This document shows, one piece after another, positions 29,424 through 39,333 of a stretch of 64,000 nt of DNA (positions within the stretch are counted from its first letter, which is position 1; every line of letters starts with the position of its first letter). This DNA comes from a virus, in the IMG/VR virus record IMGVR_UViG_3300028635_000005; one strand, given 5' to 3'. The notes under the pieces were generated by a model, which saw only the letters and a program-made list of their open reading frames with translations, was not told the DNA's origin and did not search any database. The position numbers and the translations under genes are program-made.

Positions 29424-30251
29424 TTATCTTCCGTTCCATCCAGCTAACCTTGCCCACATATTCCAAGCCGCATAAGCTTTTAAATTTGCGTTTAATGGTT
29501 GGCTATGTGCTGAATTGCAATGATACCAATGTACATTTTGTTCATGAGAATTTTGCCACTCGATAGCCCAATTTCCGCCATTATAGTCGCAATTATCGTT
29601 TGCCCCTCTGTTTAAAAAATAATTGCCATCTGGGTCATATGATTCAATTGCTGCAAAATCATAGAGTACTTTCTTATTTAACTTACAATAATCTCTTATT
29701 TGTTCATTTCGAATATTCAAGTTACCTGATTCTCCAGTTCCATCTAAATGCCCGGTCATATATACGAATATTACATTAGGAAATTCTGACTCAAGAGTTG
29801 TCATTTTCTGTAAATACGTATTAATGTACTCCTGTGATGCATTGCTCACTTGACCGCACCATGACCACATGACAACGTTAATTTCAGGATGTGCACTCAA
29901 ATAATTTCGAGTATCTGTATCCCATGATCCACTTCCTAAATCAGACCATCCAGTTATTGCATGATCATTTAGATTTAGACCCTTATACATATCGCCTTTC
30001 CATTTTGACAAACCGTTCATTCCATCCACTATCTGACTTCCATGGGATGTATGCTCATACGCTATACGTAACTTTAATTTTGCAGAATCTATCCAAATCA
30101 CAGGAATCGAATCCAATTTTGTGCACGTATTGTCTATAATAAGACTTTTAGGTTCCACAGGATCTGGGTCTGGTTCAGGAACATCGATTGGTTCGCAAGA
30201 AGTAAATAACATTATCGCAAATGTTATCATAATCATAAATAGCTTTCTCAT
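29424..30251 (-). CDS. lipoprotein with a putative SGNH-like hydrolase fold
   Basis: Signal peptide with lipobox LFTS-C and an acidic Pro linker; domain HTSHGSQ...VMWSWCGQ...YMTGHLDG...YDFAAIESYDPDG...HSQPLN. Confidence 0.6.
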   Translation of the reverse strand: MRKLFMIMITFAIMLFTSCEPIDVPEPDPDPVEPKSLIIDNTCTKLDSIPVIWIDSAKLKLRIAYEHTSHGSQIVDGMNGLSKWKGDMYKGLNLNDHAITGWSDLGSGSWDTDTRNYLSAHPEINVVMWSWCGQVSNASQEYINTYLQKMTTLESEFPNVIFVYMTGHLDGTGESGNLNIRNEQIRDYCKLNKKVLYDFAAIESYDPDGNYFLNRGANDNCDYNGGNWAIEWQNSHEQNVHWYHCNSAHSQPLNANLKAYAAWNMWARLAGWNGR

Positions 30252-30321
30252 AATACTTTAGATTATTTTTTTATTTTTATATATCTAAAGTATTATGAGA
30301 AAAATAGTTACATTATGTATC

Positions 30322-31962
30322 TTAAAATAGTGCTTTAGCGTATATTAAATTTCCAGGCACAGGATTAAATCCTATAGTTGTTAGAATTCGATTAAATGGT
30401 TCAATGATTGTTTTTTCAAACTGAAGATCATAATCTACTTCGGGTGCAAATTCGTAAGGAAAATTACCGGGCAAAAACCCAAAGACTTCATTGCCATCTT
30501 TTGAATAATAGAATTTAACCTTATCTCCAGTTTTAATAATGTTATATTTAGTCTTCCATTTTTTACTGTTAAGAACCTGATGATTATACATTGCTGAGGC
30601 TCTTACGTTCTGGGGACATTTTTCTGCTAACACCACTTCTCTTTTATCCTCTAAGCAATATTTTTCATAATTTCCTAATGCTTGTGTTTTTGCAATGTCT
30701 TCAGGATTTTGTAAAACATACTCTTTTTTATACTCTTTTAGTCGGTTAACAACATCTGCGTATTGTGTCTTTTTTCCTTTAGAACAAGTCATTTTGATTA
30801 ATTCTTTAAGAACTTGTCTTGCATACTTTGGCGTTGAACCTTGAACAATTTCAATGCCCACAAACTTGATATTTTCTTGAGGTTCAATATGAACTCCAGG
30901 ATCTTTCCACGCTAAATCAAGAACATATTTCTTTTTTGCGACCATAATTGCTGAATAAGAAATTTTTTCCAATTCCAAATCCTGAATATTTTTAGTGTTA
31001 TGTCGTTTTGCGTATTCTTCGTATTTCTTTTTAATAAATGATGTTAGACGAAGCTCTTTAACTTTAAGAATAAAATCAACAGGATTACCTTGATAATCAC
31101 AAGACTTAAGCATTGGATCAAAAGTGACATAACAGCTATTATGAACTAAAATATCATTTGCTATAAATGTATGCGTATCATCATCTACTTCAACATCATA
31201 AACGTATTCATTATCAAATGTTCCCATTTCTTCGCAAGATTCTATTTCATCAAAATAAAATTTTGTTCCTAAACATAACACTTTATCTTGATAAATTACA
31301 CCTTGCGGTTTTATTTCAAGTTTTTCATTATTACGAAAAACAATTAATGAATGATCATTTGTTATAATTATTTCCTTTCCAGATTTAGTTTTAATTTTCC
31401 ATTTTGGTTTTGTAACTTTATGACGTATAATACGTTTAACTGGCGCAAAATATAACTCGTTATCCCAGTTCAATATTTTATCATTAGTTAATACTGATTC
31501 ATGTCCTTCAAGAGTTGTTCCGCCGTTTGTTTTGTTTTTATTGTACCAATCTTCAATTTTAATCGAACCTTTATCCGTATGAACAATAGAGTCAGAATGA
31601 ACAGAATCAGTATCCATATAGACAGTTACCGTTTGTTCATTAATCTTGTTTGCATACGTTAACCCTAAAGCCTTATGAAGTTCAGCATCATTATGCCAGT
31701 AATCCATGAAATAGTCATCAATACATCTACTTGCAAATTTTGCGATATCTTGGCCTTGAAGTGTAACTGCTTCTGCAACATTAACGTTATATCCAACAAA
31801 AAAGACAGAAGCCGTGGCTCCATAAACAGAGTTTATAAAAATTTTAATTGATTGCTCAAGATTATAATATTCTTCTTTAATAGACTTAAGTCGATCAATC
31901 TCGGCCTTAAGTTCTTCTATAGAGCAATTATATGGATCAATGTTAGTTAGTTTAAATTCCAT
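30322..31962 (-). CDS. gp43: family B DNA polymerase, C-terminal half (split gp43), containing an intein
   Basis: Motif B QSIKIFINSVYG, motif C YMDTD|SCY after splicing, KKKYV, GIEIVQGSTP; no exonuclease domain and no motif A. Confidence 0.9.
   Translation of the reverse strand: MEFKLTNIDPYNCSIEELKAEIDRLKSIKEEYYNLEQSIKIFINSVYGATASVFFVGYNVNVAEAVTLQGQDIAKFASRCIDDYFMDYWHNDAELHKALGLTYANKINEQTVTVYMDTDSVHSDSIVHTDKGSIKIEDWYNKNKTNGGTTLEGHESVLTNDKILNWDNELYFAPVKRIIRHKVTKPKWKIKTKSGKEIIITNDHSLIVFRNNEKLEIKPQGVIYQDKVLCLGTKFYFDEIESCEEMGTFDNEYVYDVEVDDDTHTFIANDILVHNSCYVTFDPMLKSCDYQGNPVDFILKVKELRLTSFIKKKYEEYAKRHNTKNIQDLELEKISYSAIMVAKKKYVLDLAWKDPGVHIEPQENIKFVGIEIVQGSTPKYARQVLKELIKMTCSKGKKTQYADVVNRLKEYKKEYVLQNPEDIAKTQALGNYEKYCLEDKREVVLAEKCPQNVRASAMYNHQVLNSKKWKTKYNIIKTGDKVKFYYSKDGNEVFGFLPGNFPYEFAPEVDYDLQFEKTIIEPFNRILTTIGFNPVPGNLIYAKALF
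31138..31605 (-). mobile_element. mini-intein (156 aa) in polymerase motif C
   Basis: Starts Ser after YMDTD (SVHSDS), block B TNDHSL, block F VYDVEV, ends LVHN followed by Ser. Confidence 0.9.
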
Positions 31963-32027
31963 ATAGTTTTTGTTTTTATATGTTTATAACTATATAGAGT
32001 TTTCTGTTTAACAGTTATTTAATTGTC

Positions 32028-35000
32028 TTATCGTTTCACCATTTTAATCCCAATATTTGCAATAAATGGCACATTTATAGAACCTTTTTGTTCAAACATA
32101 AAATTTGAGTTTTGAAAGGAATGTGTTTCAAAGGCAAATTGTCCACGTTTAACATATACCTTTAAGTACACTTGTTTTATGTTGATTACTTTTTGAGTAT
32201 ACGTAGTTAATATATCAGCGTATTTACCATTAAGAGTTTTTACAATTTCAACCATAATAGGATAAAAGATTAATCCAAAACGACTGTCATTTCCAATTTC
32301 TAGTTTTTTGATATATTGCTGTCTATATTTCTCAGGATTAAACTGTGTTCTTGACATTTGTGATCTTCTAATGTATTCATTAATAAATAACTCATATTTT
32401 TCTTTATTATGTATTAATGCATCAAGAAATTTTAGCATTGATTCTTTTTTAAGATATTCATCTGAAGAAATTTGCAAATTTCTTAGTAAATATGAATAAG
32501 CAGAATCAGGATTATTTGATAAATGTATCTTTGCTAATGTCATAACAGTATTATAAATAACACTTCTGGGATCTATTTGTTCAGGATTTACCCAGGGCTT
32601 AACAACGTTTTCAATAAAATCGATTTCATTTTCATCTGTTGCTGTAATCTCGCCATTCTTGTAATTGTTATAAATTGCACGAATAATAACATCTCCACTA
32701 GGAGTTGCTCCTGTTCCAGCTTTTGATGAAATTTTATAATCATCAAAATAAAAATCAATTAACCTTTGATTAGATGCAGTAGGATATCTTAGCCCTTTTC
32801 CAGTTTTCTTAAGTATATTAAAGAACATTAAAGCACCCATTACTTCCCCATAATCATTTGCGATATTATTTATTGATTTTGGATCTATCCCGTTAAACCA
32901 TTCAATCGGCACATTATAGACAATAGGCGTTGTTACTTTAGCATATGCTGAAAAGTCTTCAAATTTATTTTTATTATTTGGGTCATTAATTATAATCTTT
33001 GAAGATTCTATGATAAATTTTTTATAATGTTCAGGGTATTTAGTTTCATTAATAACTTTTATAATTTTATCTAAAATTTGTTTTGAATTTAAATATGATT
33101 CAGTTGTTAACCCTAATTTATCAGGAGTTAACTCTTTACCCTTTATAACACTTTCTTCTCCTGTTTTTTTATCAAACTCAAATCTATTAGTTATTATAAT
33201 AAAATCGTCCTTTTTGTATTGTTGACCAAAGACGTCGGTCGTAGGTTCAGAGAATACAATTTTATATGCATCAAATTTCCCAGATATTTCTTTTCCTGCA
33301 TGTTTATCATTTTTGCCTTTAGGGACAATTTCCATTTGATATGTACGTGGTTCTATTTTAATAGAATTTTTTAAAAAATTTATTATGTTTTTTTCTGCAG
33401 TGCCATCATTTTCTCCAAAGTTTGCACGAATAGTTTCTCGTCCAGAAGGAGCAACAATGTCATCTGAATTCATGTCTTTAACATACAAATTTTTCCATAA
33501 TTCTTGTCTTTTGTTGAATCCTTCAAATAATCTTGGATAATGAGGTTCTTGAACACTTTCATCACCTACAATTGCCATTTGCCATTGTCTTTTTCTTCTA
33601 TAGCGCTCACTGTTTGAGCCCCAGCCTGGTTCTACTTTTTTCTTAGGCTTAAGAAGAGGAGATAAAACATGTTGCCTTGCAAGATCATCCTCAGAGGTTA
33701 TATATTCACCTGCATAATCTTTAATAGGAATTTGTAAATAATGAGAACCATATCCACCCATGCCTCCTTGTTTATCATCTTTCATGTCTGCAGGAATATC
33801 AATTTTCCATTGAGGGTCATTTAATATTGAAATCTTGAGTTTATCTTCGAGATCTTTAATAATTTGAATTAACTTTTCTTTTGGGGGATAATACCAGAAC
33901 GAAATATATTTTTCTTTTAGCCATATTCTTCCTGCATATTCTAAGTCTCTTCCGGGATGAATACGATTATAACCTCGTCCTATTCCAATGTCTCCGTGTG
34001 TTTTACTAGGTTTACTTATATAAAGTTTTCCTTTATGGTATCCGAACGCTCGGGTCCCTCTTCTCATCCAAAGAATTTCTTCGTCTGTTCCTTGAGGATT
34101 AACCCAATCAGGGTGTTCAAATAATCTTGGATATGGCATTTCTTGTTTGCTTTCATCGCCTACTGTGGCCATTTGCCATTGTCTTTTTCTTTTATATCTT
34201 TCACTGTTTGAGCCCCAGCCTGGTTCTACTTTCTTTTTTGGCTTTAACAAAGGCGATAAAACATGTTGTCGTGCCAAATCTTCTTCAGATGTTATATATT
34301 TGCCAGCATAATCTTTAATAGGGATTTGTGTATAATTACGTTCATCGGCATATCCACCTTCTGTACTATTTTTCATATCGACTGGAACGTCAATTTTCCA
34401 TTCTGGATCATTTATTATAGTAATCTTAAGTTTATTTTCAAGATCTTTAAGAACTTTTACAAGTTCTTTCTTCGGCGGATAATACCAAAATGAAATATAT
34501 TTATTTTTGGGCCATATTCTTCCTGCGTATTTTAACTCTCTACCAGGTCTGTCACGATACTGCCCTCTACCTACTATCATGTCTCCGTGGGTTTGACGTG
34601 TTTTGCCAACATATAATTTGTCTCTATAATAACCAAATGCCCGCGCACCTTTACGCATCCAAGGTATTTCTTCGTCCGTTCCTTCAACTTCTATCCAATC
34701 AGGACTTTCAAATAGTCGAGGATAAATTTCTTCTTTTTTACTTTCATCGGTCATGGAAGCCATTTGCCACGCTCTTTTTCTTTTATATCTTTCACTGTTT
34801 GAGCCCCAACCCGGTAATACTTTTCTCTTAGGTTTTAATAAAGGTGATACAACGTGTTGTTGTGCCAATTCTTCTGCTGATCTTTCAGTACCCTTTTCAT
34901 AATCTTTAACTTTAACATATTCTTGGTTTTCTTCTTCAGGACGCCATGTGCCCCAGTTAGGCATAGGATACGTAAAAAAATCATATTCTTTAGTTGTAGG

Positions 35001-35408
35001 ATATTTTTTATACTCTTCAACTTCTGATGGCACTTCTATCATCCATTCGCCATCATAAAAATCATATTTATAATGATCTTTTTCATAGGAATCATTTTCA
35101 TCCGCATAAATTTTTTTACGTAAATCATCTAAAACTTTTTTAAGAGTTTTTTGATCTTCGGGAAAATGCCAAAATGCAATTATTTTATAATCAGCAAATA
35201 TTCTTCCGCTATATTGCCCTCGTGTATCTCCTTTATAATCCTGAGGAGTTTTTATATTAAGGTGTGTATCACCCCATTTACCTAAATATAACTCGCCATT
35301 ATAATAAGAAAAAGGAAATGTTTTTGATTCACTCCACTCGACGATTTTTTCAATATCTGGCATATATAAAGCATTGGGATTTTCAAAAAGACGTGGATAA
35401 AATTTCAT
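32028..35408 (-). CDS. 1126-aa protein: three tandem ~200-aa repeats plus a C-terminal putative PD-(D/E)XK-like domain
   Basis: YPRLFE at aa 4, 229, 426 and 624; repeats share TH.D...Y.GRI.....I.FW..P and QHV.SPLLKPK..V.PGWGSNSERY; C-terminal DYGEVMG...LIDFY...ISSK; late motif at 35422-35430. Confidence 0.75.
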   Translation of the reverse strand: MKFYPRLFENPNALYMPDIEKIVEWSESKTFPFSYYNGELYLGKWGDTHLNIKTPQDYKGDTRGQYSGRIFADYKIIAFWHFPEDQKTLKKVLDDLRKKIYADENDSYEKDHYKYDFYDGEWMIEVPSEVEEYKKYPTTKEYDFFTYPMPNWGTWRPEEENQEYVKVKDYEKGTERSAEELAQQHVVSPLLKPKRKVLPGWGSNSERYKRKRAWQMASMTDESKKEEIYPRLFESPDWIEVEGTDEEIPWMRKGARAFGYYRDKLYVGKTRQTHGDMIVGRGQYRDRPGRELKYAGRIWPKNKYISFWYYPPKKELVKVLKDLENKLKITIINDPEWKIDVPVDMKNSTEGGYADERNYTQIPIKDYAGKYITSEEDLARQHVLSPLLKPKKKVEPGWGSNSERYKRKRQWQMATVGDESKQEMPYPRLFEHPDWVNPQGTDEEILWMRRGTRAFGYHKGKLYISKPSKTHGDIGIGRGYNRIHPGRDLEYAGRIWLKEKYISFWYYPPKEKLIQIIKDLEDKLKISILNDPQWKIDIPADMKDDKQGGMGGYGSHYLQIPIKDYAGEYITSEDDLARQHVLSPLLKPKKKVEPGWGSNSERYRRKRQWQMAIVGDESVQEPHYPRLFEGFNKRQELWKNLYVKDMNSDDIVAPSGRETIRANFGENDGTAEKNIINFLKNSIKIEPRTYQMEIVPKGKNDKHAGKEISGKFDAYKIVFSEPTTDVFGQQYKKDDFIIITNRFEFDKKTGEESVIKGKELTPDKLGLTTESYLNSKQILDKIIKVINETKYPEHYKKFIIESSKIIINDPNNKNKFEDFSAYAKVTTPIVYNVPIEWFNGIDPKSINNIANDYGEVMGALMFFNILKKTGKGLRYPTASNQRLIDFYFDDYKISSKAGTGATPSGDVIIRAIYNNYKNGEITATDENEIDFIENVVKPWVNPEQIDPRSVIYNTVMTLAKIHLSNNPDSAYSYLLRNLQISSDEYLKKESMLKFLDALIHNKEKYELFINEYIRRSQMSRTQFNPEKYRQQYIKKLEIGNDSRFGLIFYPIMVEIVKTLNGKYADILTTYTQKVINIKQVYLKVYVKRGQFAFETHSFQNSNFMFEQKGSINVPFIANIGIKMVKR

Positions 35409-35497
35409 AGCTATATTTTATTTTATATATTTATGATTTAAAAATAAAAAAACCCAAATATTAAAATCTGGGCTTTCTCAAAAAACACAAGAAATTT

Positions 35498-36280
35498 CTA
35501 CATTTCATCTTCCGCTTTTGAAATTACTGTTACAGTATCGCTATCTGTTGAAGTAAAAACAAGTCTATCTTCACCCATTTCAACATTATAATTCTCAACG
35601 TCTATTGTTGCATATTGATCTTTAAATATGGATAAAGTTACATTTGCTTTTTCTTTACCCTCATGTATAAGAAGTTCAAATGCTTTTCCGGATACAAATG
35701 TCTTCTTATCAGAAAGCTTGAATTCTATAAGCTTATGATCAACGTCCAATGCGTTAAGAGTGTTAATTTTCTCAAGCATAGTCTTTGATAACTCGAACTT
35801 GCCTAGGCTATCAACGTTTGCTATGTTATTTTTAAATACATCGTCTGAAATATATTTGAATATATTTAACGATGTACAATCAACACTCATTTTTAGCATT
35901 TTACTTTTCAACAAAATCTTTTCAGCTGCAAATTGAGTTTCGCCTTCACCCACGAGTTCCTGATATTCTATAGTTAACGTGAACTCAGCATCTTGGAACT
36001 GATCAATAATTTTAATTAAACGAGGAATGTTAAAAATTCCAACTTTAACTCGTTTTGATTCTGTTCCATCTTTAACGGTAAAGCCGGCTTCATCAAACTT
36101 AATAGAACTCATTTTGACAACTGAATGTTCTTCATTATAAGTTTTTGCTATGAAAATAGAATTTGAACGATCAACCTCTAATAAAAGAGTGTTATCGATT
36201 GATGAAAATCTTTTAATCCAAGCTGTAAAAGCTTTGGCATTTTTAGCAGTAAATTCAAGTGTTTTTTTAGATATAGCCAT
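35498..36280 (-). CDS. gp45: sliding clamp, T4 gp45-like (probable start MAISKK)
   Basis: KRFSSIDNTLLL and VGIFNIPRLIKII parallel gp45 KNFATINSGIML and VAIYDLNGFLGIL; clamp-like length. Confidence 0.7.
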   Translation of the reverse strand: MAISKKTLEFTAKNAKAFTAWIKRFSSIDNTLLLEVDRSNSIFIAKTYNEEHSVVKMSSIKFDEAGFTVKDGTESKRVKVGIFNIPRLIKIIDQFQDAEFTLTIEYQELVGEGETQFAAEKILLKSKMLKMSVDCTSLNIFKYISDDVFKNNIANVDSLGKFELSKTMLEKINTLNALDVDHKLIEFKLSDKKTFVSGKAFELLIHEGKEKANVTLSIFKDQYATIDVENYNVEMGEDRLVFTSTDSDTVTVISKAEDEM

Positions 36281-36377
36281 AATTAAGAAACTTTTTATAT
36301 GATTTATCAAGATTTATAAAAACAAAAAGGAACAAAGTTTTGTTTGTTCCTATCTTTAATTGTTTTTTAACACTTAG

Positions 36378-36806
36378 TTATCTTTGCTCATCTTTCTTAT
36401 ATGTTGAATTATATCCTATAAAATCATTGCACGAATTGTATCGATTATAAAAATATATTTCTGTTAATTGTTTAAATTCTTCATCTGTAACATCTAAATA
36501 TTTTTGTATTTTTATAAATCTTCTTCTCTTTTGTATTAAAACTGTTGACCATAAAACTCCTACTACGCTACTTATAATTGCATATATTAAGCTGGGTATC
36601 ATTTGACAAAACTGAGAAAGTCCTGTACTTATTGCAAAAATTTCAAATGCTAAAGGTAATAAAAGCAAAGAGATCACAAAAATGACATACCTATATGAAT
36701 CATAGACACCACGTAGTGAAATGTATTTTAAGAAAAATTTTTCGAGTTTACATGGTTTAAATTTCTTATAAGCTTTTTCAAATTCTGTTTTAGTTATTCT
36801 ACACAT
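36378..36806 (-). CDS. hypothetical membrane protein
   Basis: Two hydrophobic segments. Confidence 0.5.
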   Translation of the reverse strand: MCRITKTEFEKAYKKFKPCKLEKFFLKYISLRGVYDSYRYVIFVISLLLLPLAFEIFAISTGLSQFCQMIPSLIYAIISSVVGVLWSTVLIQKRRRFIKIQKYLDVTDEEFKQLTEIYFYNRYNSCNDFIGYNSTYKKDEQR

Positions 36807-36836
36807 TATTAGATCAAAGAGTTCATCTTTATCTAT

Positions 36837-38288
36837 TTATTCATCATCATTTAAAAATTTTTTAACAGTTTCATTTTCATCATATACGTCCTCTCCGCTC
36901 CATACTGCTATGTCATTAATTATCTCAACATCATCAGTATCAAAAAGGTTAACTGAATGTTTTTGCGATACTACTCCTCTTGCAATTGTTGGGTCAGGAT
37001 AATTATCAAATGCTTTCTGGGCTTCTTTCAATTCTTTTTCTTTATCTTTTAATTCTTGAGTAAGAACTTTTATTTTTTCTCGTGTTGCTGTTAATTCATC
37101 TTTTGTGAATTTTTTAGCTGTCATATTTTCAAGACGAGAAGATATTTCCTTTTCATGGGGTTTAAGCCATGTATCAACTTCATCTATAGTTCTTTGCTTT
37201 TGAAGCATAAATACTATAAATTTTTCTTTTGCAATATTAAATTTTAATTCAAATGAAAGTTTATCTCTTTCAAATAAAGTATTCTTAAGTCTAAGGCGAC
37301 AAATTTGCCACTTATAATCTTCAAGATAATCTTCTACAGAATCATATGAAAGTACTGTCCCATCTTTTACAAAAATAAGAGTCTCAGTAACAAGAACTGA
37401 AAATGTTTTTTTGACAAAATTCTGAATATCTTGCCATTCTTCAGCATTTTTACCAGAGTATATAATGTCAATATTTACTTTAATGTTCGAGTTATTAATT
37501 ATTCGTATGTTGCTTTCATATTTATTGATAAGATAATCAAGCTTCTTTAAAACAGAATTAAATTTAACGATTGGAGGAATTTCTCTAACCATTATTTTTT
37601 GGCCTTCAACAATAATATTGGATGAAATTAACCACGTCTTATCAAAACCTTTGTATTTTTCAATAGTTCCATTAAATCCTTCAAAATAAGGTTTAACACT
37701 TTTACGCTTTCCATCTAAAAAGTCTTGTATATCTTTTAATTTACGAGGAAGAACTGTTGATTTGTATCCTACTGCTATTCCTACGATAGGGACAACAAGA
37801 CCAAGAGGTGCATCCATCCACAAAGGATCATAGGGGCCCTCAGGGTCTCTTGTAGTGAGGTGATTGTATTTGTTTAGGATACCATTAGCTAAAGAAGAAA
37901 GTTTAACTCCAGTGTATCTAGCAGCCGCAGGAGAAGGAGATACTTCTGTTCCAAAGAAGCCATCACCTTCAAGAATTTGTGTTGCATTTCCAAAAGGACG
38001 AGCAAGTTTATTTATTGCGCTTTCAAGTGAACTATTCCCATGATGATAACCGTCCTGAATTGCCTTGCCGACAACCGTTAAAGTTTTAACAAATGACGTT
38101 GGTGTGTTTTTGAGAATAAAGCGTTGAACAGGTGTTAATGCATCATAAAAATTAGGTATGCCTCTTTGTTCAAGGACATACACCGCATAATCTCGAAATT
38201 TCGTATCAATGAACTTTGAAATTGGGAGTCTTATGATTTTTTCCTTGCGTCTTGGCTTTGTTAGATCTTTTGCTCTTTTCTTAGACAT
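36837..38288 (-). CDS. gp52: DNA topoisomerase II, DNA-cleavage subunit (gp52/GyrA-like)
   Basis: DALTPVQRFIL, YHHGNSS, GDGFFG, active-site AAARYT. Confidence 0.92.
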   Translation of the reverse strand: MSKKRAKDLTKPRRKEKIIRLPISKFIDTKFRDYAVYVLEQRGIPNFYDALTPVQRFILKNTPTSFVKTLTVVGKAIQDGYHHGNSSLESAINKLARPFGNATQILEGDGFFGTEVSPSPAAARYTGVKLSSLANGILNKYNHLTTRDPEGPYDPLWMDAPLGLVVPIVGIAVGYKSTVLPRKLKDIQDFLDGKRKSVKPYFEGFNGTIEKYKGFDKTWLISSNIIVEGQKIMVREIPPIVKFNSVLKKLDYLINKYESNIRIINNSNIKVNIDIIYSGKNAEEWQDIQNFVKKTFSVLVTETLIFVKDGTVLSYDSVEDYLEDYKWQICRLRLKNTLFERDKLSFELKFNIAKEKFIVFMLQKQRTIDEVDTWLKPHEKEISSRLENMTAKKFTKDELTATREKIKVLTQELKDKEKELKEAQKAFDNYPDPTIARGVVSQKHSVNLFDTDDVEIINDIAVWSGEDVYDENETVKKFLNDDE

Positions 38289-38289
38289 C

Positions 38290-38559
38290 CTAATTGTTCA
38301 CAAAATCTGTTAATTTTTTAATGTCATTTTTCACTGAATAAAAACTTGCTAAAATATCATTCAATTGTTTTAAGGAATGAATTTCATAAAGTTTTTCACA
38401 TTGAGAATATAGGTCGTTAAATTTATCTATAAAATCCTTAATAGCTTCTTTATTTAACGCTACAGGTGTTTCAATGCTATTTTCATTTTTTGATATTTTT
38501 TTCTTACGAGATAATTCTTGTGGAGTTGCATAATCTGCGTTTCCCGAAAGATTTTTCAT
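38290..38559 (-). CDS. hypothetical protein
   Basis: 89-aa ORF. Confidence 0.5.
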   Translation of the reverse strand: MKNLSGNADYATPQELSRKKKISKNENSIETPVALNKEAIKDFIDKFNDLYSQCEKLYEIHSLKQLNDILASFYSVKNDIKKLTDFVNN

Positions 38560-38561
38560 AA

Positions 38562-39122
38562 TTACGCTAATTTTTTATCAGATATAAGTTCACGCAAAAA
38601 TACGTTTTTTTCACCACCAATAAATTCAACCCATTCTTTATAGTATTCAGGAAACATTTTTTTAAGTTCATCTAACTCTTTAATCTTAAGAGCAAAATAA
38701 TTTTCTAAGGGTATAGATTCTTTGGCATCATCCCGCATTTTAATATTTATGATATAATCTATAAAATCAGGATACTGTTCTTTATCCCAAACCCTGTCAT
38801 CTGCCAAGAAACAAATGGCTGTCATAGCATTATTGATGTCGGGTTCATAGAAATTAGCACAAGGAATTCCACTATGATAAAGAGATCTATAAGTCTCTTC
38901 CATCGAACCTTTAGGATTTCCAAGATGTCCATCATTAGATGTTCCACCGTTTAAAATGATCCACGTTTTATCCCAAAATGCAAAGTCTTTAAATTCCTGA
39001 TTTTTACTATACTTATATGCATATTCAATCGCAGCATGTCCTGCTTGTATTCCTTGCTGAATAGGGGATAAATTATAAGGCACAAAAAAGTACATTCGAT
39101 ATGTTCTCTCTGGGTGTGGCAT
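38562..39122 (-). CDS. peptidyl-tRNA hydrolase PTH2-like protein
   Basis: MYFFVPYNLS..QQGIQAGHAA...KTWIIL...FYEPDINNAMTAICF matches the PTH2-fold QxxHA motif family. Confidence 0.7.
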   Translation of the reverse strand: MPHPERTYRMYFFVPYNLSPIQQGIQAGHAAIEYAYKYSKNQEFKDFAFWDKTWIILNGGTSNDGHLGNPKGSMEETYRSLYHSGIPCANFYEPDINNAMTAICFLADDRVWDKEQYPDFIDYIINIKMRDDAKESIPLENYFALKIKELDELKKMFPEYYKEWVEFIGGEKNVFLRELISDKKLA

Positions 39123-39139
39123 AATTCTTATTTTAGTTT

Positions 39140-39328
39140 TTATTCAACCCAAGAATATCCCGGGACATATTTTTCCAATTCTTCTTTTGTATCAGCAGTC
39201 ATTGTACGAAACGTGAAATTTCCATCACAATAAACCTCTATGATAATTTCCCAGCCGCATCTATCATTACCCGCATAATAATATGGGCCTCTAACAATTT
39301 CTTTTACATAAATGTCTTGTGTGTCCAT
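39140..39328 (-). CDS. small hypothetical protein
   Basis: 62-aa ORF. Confidence 0.45.
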   Translation of the reverse strand: MDTQDIYVKEIVRGPYYYAGNDRCGWEIIIEVYCDGNFTFRTMTADTKEELEKYVPGYSWVE

Positions 39329-39333
39329 AGTAC

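Noticed and set aside
30322-31962. Polymerase halves joined by split-intein trans-splicing
   Set aside because: The N-terminus (MEFKLTNIDP...) is not an intein C-fragment, and the intein present is complete and internal.
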